A DNA stretch of 64,000 bases from Sphyrna mokarran. Its lineage: Eukaryota. This document shows, in pieces, positions 51,449-62,721 of the stretch (positions are counted from its first letter, which is position 1; each line of letters begins with the position of its first letter). The notes below the pieces were generated by a model, which was not told the DNA's origin, ran no database searches, and was given only the letters and a program-made list of their open reading frames with translations. Location: assembly GCA_024679065.1 (NCBI GenBank), contig JAGIQG010000008.1:83204001-83268000 (forward strand), in the 5' to 3' direction. Position numbers and translations under genes: made by a program.

Positions 51449-52220
51449 GGTCCCAGATCTTCCCGACTCCGGACCATAAACTAGGCATATGTCCAAAACA
51501 TAAGTTGGGCACTGCAGAGGTCCTAAGGTACTGACCTCAATGGGGATTGCCTGGGAAGTTTGAACTTCCAACAATTTCCTTGCTCCCAAGACCCTCTCCA
51601 AGAGTGAGAGACTTCAGATAGTTCTGTGGGGTTTAACTAGATAGTTAACCTGAAAATGTTGGGTAGAAACAAACCAAGTCTGGTCTAACTTCTGGGTAAT
51701 TACAAAACTGAATTCTGCCCCCCCACACCCCCCTTTCATGATTCCAAACTCATAGAATCCTTACTGTGCAGAAGGAGGCCATTTGGCCTATAGAGCCCGC
51801 ACCAACAACAATCCCATCCAAGACCCTATCCCTGTAACTCCACATGTTTACCTTGCTAATCTCCCAATACTAAAGATAAATTTGACATGGTCAATCAACC
51901 TAACCCACACATCTTTGGAGAATGGGAAGAAATTAGAGAACCTGAAGAAAACCCATGCAGACATGGGGAGAATGTGCAAACATCACACAGACAGTCACCC
52001 AAAGCCTGAATTGAACCTGGGTCCCTGGCGCTGTGAGGCAACAGCACTAACCACTGCGCCACCCTATCTTGCCTGACTACCATCCTACCCATCTGCTAGC
52101 TCAGCTACCCACTCGCTCATTCACTAACAATTATACTGGACATAGCAGCTAGTGCCATTAAAAGCTAATTTTGTCTTACTCTGCCCTATTCACATTGTGT
52201 CTTAAAAATTTGATAATTAA
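51449..52220. mobile_element. Older DNA-transposon-like repeat (family of 14015-14640) carrying a nested V-SINE
   Basis: Starts GGTCCCAGATCTTCC; colinear similarity to 14015-14300. Confidence 0.5.
51751..52066 (-). mobile_element. HE1-like V-SINE, full length
   Basis: catagaatcc..gcagaaggaggccattt; catggggagaatgtgcaaac..cacacagacagtcaccc; ttgaacctgggtccctggcgctgtgaggca..ctaaccactgcgccacc. Confidence 0.92.
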
Positions 52221-53781
52221 GTGCAGGAATATCCTTTTAACGATGTGATAATTGCTAATACTTCAACAAAGAAATACTCTATGCCAGAAAGTTGCTAAAT
52301 CTCATTCCAACAATATAGTTAATGGTTGCTAGAGATTTTAAAAATCACATCTTTGCTGATTGAGCAACTCTGACTTCCCTAGCTAAAAACAGCTAACTCA
52401 GTAAAGGCTGTGGGTCAAGCCTGGATCCTTTTAATTTGCATGCAACAATTATATACACCAGGATTTTTTAAAAAGATTGCTCAGGGGGATGTGTGCGCAG
52501 GAGAGGGGGCTGCATTTACAAGCCAAAAACTTTGGCTATTTCTTACAAACTAACATTGAACTATTTGTGGTAAAACAGTTCAAATGCTATTTGTTAGCAG
52601 AATGCTGCTTTAAAAGGAGGAAGTTACTAGAGGAGAAGGGTACTTCTTGTTCTATTTTCTTTTGTTACTATCCAAACACTTCAAAGCATCTATCTTCACA
52701 GAAAAGTGACATCCATTAAATCAGTGACAAGGTGCAGCCACCTGCATTGAGCCAATCCCAGTATCACCTCTCTGGAAAAAGCACACTGCAATCTAGGAAC
52801 TTAACTGGAGCAGACAGGAGGAGGAAGGGGCAAGAAACAGGGACCGATCACCATCGAAAAAAACTGTAAACACTAAGGCAAGGGGCTCCTTCCTCCTACA
52901 CAATAAAATTGCCCACAATTCTTAAAGCAAGGCTGCATTTTTGACACGAGACAACTCCTCCAGGGTGCAACTGAAAATCTCACATCTCCAATTTGGCAAA
53001 TGTTTACTTCCCTCAGTGAGAGCTACTTAAGCTGGTCTGGGCAGTGAGGGGGAAGGGAAGAGTTTGGAAAAGAGCTGTAATAACAATCAGGGCAGAGAGA
53101 GTATGAGCTAGAGGGATTTGAAAAGATTGTGGTTTTGCTAATATTCTCCTAGCAGCTCATCCATTATTTATGCTGATAAAATTCAATAAAAGTAAACTGC
53201 ACTGTCTTGCTGCTCAATCAGCCTGGATAATCATCAACTCCTGTGCTTCGCTGCAAGTCTGCCATGACTGGCTCAATCTACCTCTGAATGCTGTCATAAA
53301 AGGCTATATTTAACAGTCAAAAATAAACAATTTCTTTAGTGAAAGGAATCTACAGCTCCAATATTATAGCCAGTTCATATCTGGCATGTGACATAGTTGG
53401 TTGCAATACTGCTACATAACAGACATTTGGGAAGGGAATGTGGTAGTGTGCCTTTTAAACAGCTTTAAAATATGAGTGTATTTGACTATAAACTCTGCAA
53501 CAAAATTAACTCTAATGATTGAGAGACTTATGGTGGTACAGCTCTTAAAGTTGCAAAACAAACTTTTACCTTCATTAGATCATTCATTTCCTTTGCATTC
53601 AATTGAATATTTAAAAGAAATCTTGGTGAACAACACTGACTTCCCTGAACGTTAACCAATCCAATTAGTGTGTGCATTTTAAACCAATTGAATTGTTGAA
53701 CATTCAACCTCTCTTCCAGCTAGTTTGGAAAAAAAGTGATGTTCACAGTTTTAAGTTCGTAACTTTGTTTTTCTCTCTCAG

Positions 53782-53916
53782 GCACGCTTGTGGGCATGCA
53801 CACAGATCCACATGCATGCATTCCCTCTGCGTGAACACACTGCGGAACATAAATTGAACTGTTTTGGTTTATGCCTTGCACATTTTGAGCCAAGGGATTT
53901 GGCTCATTAATCATTG
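53782..53916 (+). other. Candidate non-coding or poison cassette exon (135 nt)
   Basis: Acceptor ctttgttttTCTCTCTCAG|G, donor TTG|GTGAGT; stops in all three frames; no recognisable TE sequence. No transcript evidence. Confidence 0.3.
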
Positions 53917-55349
53917 GTGAGTGTATTTTCAGAAAAACAACTTGCATGTTGACTCTCAGAACGATCTACTAAATGGTCATATTGCTCGATGAATAATAAA
54001 TGAAATATGTGCACCATATCTCCAGGAACAATAGGTTCAATTTGAAAACACCTGCCAAGCATATGCAACTTTAGGTTTGGCTTTAGTGGATACACCTTTT
54101 TTTAGGGTGGCTGCCTCTGGACAACTGCTTCTGCATAAAGGGAACTTCAGTAGTAATTTAATTGCACCAAATGCATTTCACCTATTCTCTGACTTGTGTT
54201 AATAGATAGAACTTCTAAAAAGCTCAGGGCCAGTTGTGGGCCAATCACAACCCATCTACTCTTTCTCTGTTCTTAGGTAAGCAATACATTGTCTGTCAGT
54301 TCTGGAATCATGTGAGAGTTGAGCATCAGTAGAGGGAGGTTAAAAAAATGGTCAGGTTTGATCTCCAGTTGGAGTTACTTCATCTCAACCAGAACCAAGT
54401 TTTTACTCCCTCTTCTCTCCTCTGTCCCCAACTCTCCTCCTGTGACAATGGATTAATCATTTTATATATATATATATAAATGTGGACCCTGCAATAAAGA
54501 AGTGATTCAGAAGAAAGACTAAAAGCTTCACTGATAACGTGGACTTTAATTTAAAATAATAACTCCTGTTATAATATTTTATGCTGATTCAAGATGCCAA
54601 TACATCATATATTACTTCCACATCTCCTGAAAGGCATTTTTTTTGATCTTTGTGGAAAAAATTTTAACATTACATTCTGAATGCGATGTTCTTTCCCCAA
54701 GTACTATGGCTCATTGAGTTTATTTTCCTTGTTAATTAGGTCATTAGAGATTTCTAAAATTTTAGATGGTGGCTTGACATGATATTCCAGACAGTGCATT
54801 GTCACATATTAATTTCTTTTCTCTTGTCACTGAATCTCAGTGCTATATCAAACTTTGATTTGTTTCATTGAAAGAGTATCAATTTTGATTAATGTGTTGA
54901 TATTTAACAATCTTTCCCTTTACACTGCAAAATAAACAAGACTATCAGCAAAATAAGTAACCTTTCATATGTAACGCACATAGTGAACGCTGAAAAGTGG
55001 CATGTGAATAGGAACGCCAATTCATTTTCCTCCCCCTAATCCACTGCCCCTCAAAAACAAATTGTCTCCTGTGAAGAAATGTCACTTGAGACATTATAAT
55101 AATGTAAATAAGTGTTGATTATGAAGTAGAGGTCACGAATACAGATTGCTCGCGTTGTCCCAAAATACATCAAATCGAGGTAAAGTACTGGGCAACATGT
55201 AAATGAGCTGGAATCTCATATGGATTGAGAGTTTGCAGTAAGCAAGCACGAAGGCTGAAACTCATCACTGAGGACAACTAGTCACAGAGAATTCTTGGGA
55301 ATTAGGTGAGTGAGGAAGGAGAGAAACAGCTAAATGATTGGACAATTTA

Positions 55350-55735
55350 GCTTCTTTCCTGCTGCCATCAGACTTTTGAATGGACCTACCATATATTAAG
55401 TTGACCTTTCTCTACACCCTAGCTATAACTATAATACTATATTCTGCACCCTCTCTTTTCACTTATGATGACAAGGGGAAAGTGCAAAGGCGCAGTGAGG
55501 GGCAATTTTTTTTCCCACACTGTAGTGGATGTCTGGAATACGCTGCTAGTATGATGGTAGAGACAGATACAATAAAGGCATTTAAGAGGCTTTTAGAAAA
55601 GTACATGAATACACAGGGGGTAGAGGGATATGGACCAAGGGCAAGCAAAAGAGATTAGTTTAATTTGGCATCATATTAGGCACAAGATCATGGGCCAAAA
55701 GACCTGTTCCTCTGCTGTACTGTTCAATGTTCTTT
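55350..55735 (+). mobile_element. Rex1/Babar 3' fragment (55350-55460) abutting a CR1 3' end (55470-55735)
   Basis: gcttctttcctgctgccatcagacttttgaatggacc (Rex); ttttttcccacac..gtctggaatacgctg..gcatttaagaggc..gagggatatggacc..tgggccaaaagacctgtt (CR1). Confidence 0.8.
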
Positions 55736-56488
55736 GGTGCTGAACTTGGCAAAAATATAGCATGAGCTTAAAAATATAATTGTCATTTTGACAGCAGAAT
55801 CCCAGATAATTAACTATTCTTAGTAGGAAATTGCTACAATCCACAGTTCTAGACATGATGGCATTTCATTTAGACTGCTCATTTCTGCAGCTTTCTTAGT
55901 AAAGTTAGCTGATGTTGAGGGTGCACACTGTGGACGTAGAGCACACTTCAACACAGGGACCAAGTCTAAACCTGTCTGCTAAGTGGGTTCCTATGCAAAG
56001 TCTCAAGTTTGTTTTCTATTATACACTTAATTCTGAGTTTGGATTCATTTTGAATTAGTTTGATTTTTTTTGGGGTTGGGGTTGGGGAAGCAGCTTCCAG
56101 CAGAAATGTCATGATAAAATGTTAATTGGTATGAATTGTCTTTGACTGCACATGATTATTTTGTCTGTTTTCATATCAAGAAGAGCAATTACCCTTATGA
56201 ACATAAAAATGCGTTGTAATATGATGGGCTTTTGGGTTTTTACAAAACCACTAGGAGAAAATAAACTTTGCAATAGAATAGCAATTGTGTTTCTTTTCTG
56301 CAAATGCCTTCCAATTTACTCTCCTCTCCTAAGTGTACTGGTTTATTCAAAAGTACAAAATCACAGGCAACCTACTGTTCTACTGTGAAGGCCATTACAG
56401 TCAGGCTCAACATACATGCCTGCATACTTTCCATCAAAGTAGATGGACAGAATCACAAGATATCAAACAGAGGTGAGAACAGCAGTAC

Positions 56489-56914
56489 TGTGGTATAAGG
56501 GTCTAGCACATATTGGGTTAACGTTGGACTGAATACCCACCACAGTGATCTAACAGAACGCATGACCTGCACCTAGGAGTCAGTCTCGTGTTGAACAGAG
56601 CTACGTGCACAACAAAGCATGGAAACTGCTCCCATACACCTACACTACTTAACACTACAAAGACTTCATTTAAGACCAACCGAATAGTATCCAACAACCC
56701 ACCACAGCTAAGCTAACAGAGATTACACACTGGTGGCTAGAACTTTACTAGAAGTTTTAACAGAACTCTCAGCTTCACCACTACCAACTGAGCCATCAGG
56801 CAGTCCCAGGGCTATCTGTTTTGTGATCAGAAGTCCTCAGTAGTTAGCAGGAGCAGTAAATCCACAGTGTAGTATTAGTTATAATTATTATCCAGTATCA
56901 ACAAACTCTTCACA
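56489..56914 (+). mobile_element. Possible solo LTR
   Basis: TGTG...CACA termini around about 425 bp that is compositionally distinct from the flanks; no TSD confirmed. Confidence 0.35.
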
Positions 56915-57329
56915 ATGAATCAATTTTCTAGCACACCCCCCCCATCAAGTACATGATGCAATAGTTATAATTATACTGTGTAATGATTTACAATTGAAAA
57001 ATAGCCACAATGACCTGATCCCTGACTTCTTCCAAATAATATTTTCTCTCCTGTTGAAAGAGTTTAACATTCATTCCATTAGTCCAGTTAAAATCAGAAA
57101 TTCAGCATGCCCAGAATTTCAGACGCATGTTCCTGCTTCAATATTCTATGGCACAATCATGGAACTTTGATCTGTTTGCCCCTTTTACATAGGGAAGAAT
57201 AAATATTTATATTCAACAAGGAAACAAACAAAGCAATTCCCTTTTTCTTTATACATTGCCATCTTGTGCCTCAGAAAACTACCGAACATGGGATGAATTC
57301 TGCAGGTGCAGCCATTTTCTGCTCAGCAG

Positions 57330-57735
57330 GATTTGATGAACAATTGTAAGATGATTGATTTGTTGGTACGTTTATTGCTGGAGCTGATCGAGCAATGAAT
57401 TGTGGCCATGACACCTGGGAATATCTCATGCTTTTCAAATTGTATCATGGAATTTTTTTTTACATTTTTCTGAATTATTGGAACAGACAGATGGAACTCA
57501 TCTCATCTGAAAAGTGAGTACATTATCCCAAAGACATACCAGTGGGTCAATCTGGATTGTATTCATCAGTCCTGCAGTGAGGCTTGTAACAACTTTCAAA
57601 AATGCTGTGCTACCAATGATGATGAAAAGGTTTCAGCTTGAAACATAAACTTCTGTAAATAATGCCTGACCTACTGAGCACTTTGAACATTTTGTGTTTT
57701 TAATTTCAGGTTCCCATTGCAGTATTTTGCTTTTG
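57330..57735. mobile_element. DeuSINE (-, 57330-57615) abutting a Penelope-like terminus (+, 57616-57735)
   Basis: tggccatgacacctggga..catggaatttt..ctcatctgaaaag (Deu); atgatgaaaaggtttcagcttgaaacataaac..tgcctgacctactgagc (PLE). Confidence 0.65.
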
Positions 57736-57857
57736 TGCTGCTCAGCTAACTCTTCATGAGCATGTTGAATATAATATTATGTGGCAACACAGTCTGTTGA
57801 CTCATGCAGTGTTGTTCACCATAGAATCATTAATATATGGCCTCTATAGTATTCGCA

Positions 57858-58080
57858 TGTTCAAGACTATAAGGATTAATGTGGGGACTGAGGAAAGGGT
57901 AATGCTCATGTTATGATATAGAGTCACATGGGAGTTTAGAGTACAGTCGTGAGTCTGGCAGAAGTTACCATGAAGATATAGTACTAACCAGATGGTATCA
58001 TATACATATAGATGTTATTAATACACAGTATTGTTCAACCATATAAGTCTTCAGCCCTCTTCATAAATCATACAACGTCA
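57858..58080 (+). mobile_element. Possible Gypsy solo LTR
   Basis: TG start, gagtcacatggg..tatagatgttattaatacacag..catacaac layout similar to the 30793-30948 LTR; ends uncertain. Confidence 0.35.
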
Positions 58081-58384
58081 TACCAGTTTCCTGGGCTAAT
58101 TGACAAATTGGAATAACTATTTATAAATCTTTATTCCTGCATCTTATCGATTTACTAACTAACTTATATGGTTATTGAACAATTATCTGAGTCACTTTTT
58201 TTTCTCTTAACTGGGGACTTGGTCAGAGATACATTAATCAATGTTAACAAATTCTTGTTGACTATCATTTCAATAAGACTATCATTTCACACAGTATGTT
58301 CAGCACCAGAATAAACAGAAAATGAGCAAATTCATAAGTAGGTGAAGTAGTCACATGTTGTCAAGTAGATCTATTGATGTATTT

Positions 58385-58665
58385 TTAATGTTGGCTTGGT
58401 GAAGTTGTGGCAGGGCATCTTGTAGATTGTAGTTCACACTGCTCTTCACTGTGCATCAGTGGTGAAAGGTTTGAATGTTGATGGTGGAGGATGCGGTGCC
58501 AATCAAGTGGGCTGCTTTGTCAAGATGGTGTCAAACTTCAAGTGGTGTTTGATCTACACCCAAATAGGCTTGACAAAAGGTCATTCAGACTTATTGGCTC
58601 TATTCTCTTTCCACAGATGTTGTCAGACCTGCTGAGTTTCTCCAGCATTTTTTATTTTTGTTGCA
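58385..58665. mobile_element. C-terminal ORF fragment of the CR1/L2-group LINE (-, 58385-58565) plus Penelope-like terminus (+, 58570-58665)
   Basis: Minus strand FDTILTKQPT/AAHLIGTASSTINIQTFHH..TIYKMPCHNFTK; plus strand tccacagatgttgtcagacctgctgagtttctccagcatttt. Confidence 0.65.
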
Positions 58666-60529
58666 CTTGAGTAGAACGAGTAAGTAGGTGAAATATGGTA
58701 GACATTTTTCCATCTAGCATTCTAATCACTAGCAAAAATCTAAGTTCAGAACCGTGCATGCAATCTGTTGGAGACAAAAACTAATCGAAATCAGTGACAT
58801 TAGCACGGAGAAAGAAAGAGCGTTACCAAAGGTGGAAAAGGGAAAGGAAGTGTGGCTGATTATTAGGGACATAATTTTGATATGGCATATGTTTTGGCAA
58901 AAAAACACATTAAGTTATGATAAAAATCAAGACTCGGAAATTATTATGAAATTTATAAGCAGCCACTAATGTGTTTAGCAGAGCTACTCTCCCTGTGGCC
59001 TCTTTTAAACCAGAAGAAATTGCATTTTATACCTGTTGACTAGACACTGAATCTTGTAGCTAGGATTGGATATAAAGAAATGTGACTGTATATTTGAGCA
59101 TTTGTTTCTAAGAATCTTGATATTTTTCTATGGGCTGGTGAGTGGGTTAGCTTATTGTTGAGATCAAACACAACAGTTATAACATTGTAGGTGAATTTTG
59201 GTTTACAACAGGAATTCACTATGATAAAACAGCATGTTTAACCATGTGGCCCCTTTGCAGCTGTCAACTCTGCTTGCTGTATGAAAGGATAGGTTGCTCT
59301 GTAGCAGCTGAAAACAATTTAGATTTAAATTCATAAGCAATTCACCTGTATATATATATATGATTTGGTTTCTATAATCATTACACATGCACATTACTTG
59401 CCATATTCACAGCTGAGCACAACAAATAGGAAGTGCTCTGCTTGCTAACTCACAAGCCGCAATGATGTTGTTTCCAACACATACTGTTGGAAACAACTCT
59501 TCTAGAGGGATTTTGTTAACTGAGTGCTTTCCATTTGTAGCTTTCAGTTACAGTTGTACTAAACATTTTAAGCAAGATGTACTTTGATTGAATATAGAAA
59601 TTTTGAATGAATCCAAACTATAAATGTATCCCAAATAGTTCACTTTAAATTAAATTTTATGTAGGAAGTAATGCATCATTATCAACAATAGAAAGAGCTT
59701 ATTTCACACTTTAGGAAAAATAAATCCGCAGCAAGATGATAATCACACAATTTGTGGACACTGTGACAAGGTAAAGCTTTGTATGATTATACATCATTTA
59801 TTGAGTATCTAGTTAATTTGAACATTTTATGAGCATGAAACATGCAGTGTTAGGAAGAGAGATACTCAAATTGAACTTGATTATATACATTTCCTTTTGC
59901 AGTATTTAAATTTAAATTACATCTGGAGAGGTGCTTGAAGGCCTTTCTTCATCTGACAAAAATTACATTTATACCCTCTTGCTAATAGCTGTTTGTATCA
60001 TCTTTACCAGAATACATTTCAACCTTTTAAAGTGCCTTTATTGCATTACTGTACATGCTTAAATTGACCATCTCAAACCTCTTGATATCTGATTAATTGA
60101 AAATAAATTATGATTTTCAGGTGAAATTCTTTACTACTCCAAACTTTTCACTTTGATCTATTGCGTAGTAAATTTTCCTGCATTTTCATCACCTTGGGCA
60201 AAGTGCCACAAACACCCTTCTTCAAGTATTTCCAAGAAGATCTTGGGCATGCAACTAAACTTAGGCCAAAACATTTTTAAGAAGAATATCATAAACAACA
60301 TTATATTAGTGTAACCTCATTGATAAAAATGTTGTGCATGGTCAGTAAAATAACCTCCAAAAATTCTTCAGACAAAACTAATTTGGGAGCTTGCATAACT
60401 TATGTATTCAACCTCTGTCAGACTGATTCAATCAACATTGGAAAGTGGATTCCACATTTTGAACTGCAAACTCCCTTTCATGTGCAACATGCAAAAATAT
60501 AAGCAGATTATTCTTTATTTGATACTTCA

Positions 60530-62250
60530 GGAACATAGGAACAAGATTAGGCCATTTAGTCCTTCCAACTGGTTCCAACTTCACAGAATCGTGACTGATC
60601 AACCCAATTCCATGTACCAGCTTTCTCTCCCATATGCTTTAATATATTTAGTTAACAAAATTTTATCTATTTTAATAATCTGGTACTAATTGCCATTCTG
60701 AAAACAGAGTTCCAAACCTCTACCACTGTATACATGAAGAAGTGTTTGCTAATTTTACTTCTATAATTTCTGACACTAACTCTTTAATTATGCCCTCTTA
60801 TCCTAGGTACTATAATCAACAGAAATAATTCCTCCTAGTCTATTCTCTGTTCCAGATAAACTTAAATCAAATCATTCCTTAACCTTCTAATTCCAGAGAA
60901 TACAACCCAAGTTTGTTTAATCCCTCCAGTGGAACAGTGATTAGTGCCAAAGATCCAGGTTTGATTCCATCTTTGGGTAATTGTGTGTGGAGTTTGCACG
61001 TTCAGCATCTGGGTTTCCTCCCACAGTCCTGAGACGTGCAGGTTAGGTGGATTGGCCATACTAAATTGACACTGAGATATATAGGTTAGATATGTAGATT
61101 AGTAAGCTTGGGTCAGAGTCGATGCAGGCTCAACGGACCAAATGGCCTCCTTTTGCACAGTAGAGGTTTTGTGATTCTATGATGCTGTAGTGCCCAGAAC
61201 CACTTACAATACACTCTGTGTGATTTAACCAGGACTTGTACATCTGAAGCATGGTTTCTACTTCCTTGTATTCTATTCCATTAGCCTTTTTGATTGTTTT
61301 CTTTACTTCTTCATGATTGTTAATGATCTGTGGAACAAGACCTAAAACATGTCTAGCTTTCCATTATTTTGAAAGTGTCCTATTCTGTTCCTTATAGATT
61401 CTAAGTGAATGACTTCCTATGTATCTTCATTAAAATGTATTTGCCACAATTTAATTAATTTGCATTATTAATCAATATTTTGATAATTCATTTCTCCATC
61501 TACACCATTTATAATTCCACCTGGCTTTGCCTCATTGGCAAATTTGGATATGTAGTTTTTCATCCTGTTATCCAACTCATTAATGGACACAGTGAATATC
61601 TGAGGCCAAAACTGATCCTTGAGGAACACCACTAGTCACATTCTGCCAATTAGTCCTCCTCGGTCCCCTTCTGCTCAGCCAATTCTTAATTGGGACAATA
61701 ATTTATATTTTATCATATGAATTAGGAATTGGAAAAGCGTTTCCAGGAGGATATAATTAGATTCAGATCAATGAATCCTTCAAGCCTCCTCTGCCATTCA
61801 AGAAGATTGTGAATTTTAACCCGAGAACCTTTCATATCTTTGTTTGTCAAGAGTCTATCCACTTCAGCCTTAAAGGTTTTCAAAACTCTGCCTCAAGCAC
61901 CATTTGAGGACAAGAATTCCAAAATTGTGACCCTTAGGAAAAAAATTTCCTTACCTCAAATGGACAGCCCTAAATGTTTTAAACAGTGGCGCCTAATTCT
62001 AGATTCACCCACAAGAGGAAATATTCTTTCACAACCATCCTGTCAAGTCCCCTCAGTCTTATATGTTTCAATTAACTCTGCTCTTACCCTTCTAAACTCC
62101 TGTGGAGTTTCAGTTGTACGAGCCTTCTGGAAGCCCAGATAAATAATATCCATAGATTCACCTGTCCTCCACTTGACTCACCAGCTAAAATCTTTGATCA
62201 GGTTCATCAGGCATGACCTAGACTGTACAAATCTGTGCTGACTCTTTCTG
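60530..62250 (-). mobile_element. CR1 3' half with nested V-SINE (60928-61184, +) and a second CR1 3' end (61715-62100, -)
   Basis: gaacataggaacaagattaggccatttag tail; actgatccttgaggaacaccactagtcac (VTSGVPQGSV on the minus strand); V-domain tgtgtgtggagtttgcacgttc. Confidence 0.85.
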
Positions 62251-62379
62251 ATCAGCAGAAAGACACTTGTTTAGTCTACACATTGTTTTGAATCATGAAT
62301 ACATCAGGCAAGGAAATTATTAATATAAAATCAGAATCACTGATACACACAGTGACTGAATAAGCTAACTTACACTTTT

Positions 62380-62680
62380 CTTAAATGCAGCACTTTTACT
62401 TGTATTTTGAGTAACACCAAGCTCTGCTTGCCCACTCTCTGAATCCTTGCTGACTTACTTTGGCCCTGTATTCCCCAATTCAAAATTCTCTTATTTTCAT
62501 GTTTTAAAAACCTTCACAGATTCACACTTCTCTATCTCTACAACACTCCTTTCAGTCATCACACTCTTGTCTTTCATTTACAGTCTCTCTATGGCACACC
62601 ACTGTTGACTCTGCATTCATTCAACTGGATCATGTTGGAATTATACATGAATTTTATTGCTAAGGTGCATATGAAGAGAA
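62380..62680 (+). mobile_element. L2 3' end (degraded)
   Basis: ccttgctgacttactttggccct..aaaattctc..tgttttaaaaaccttcacag..ctatctctacaac. Confidence 0.55.
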
Positions 62681-62721
62681 ATGTGTCTGTTTATTTCCAT
62701 ATTTAGATTCTCACTGCTTTT

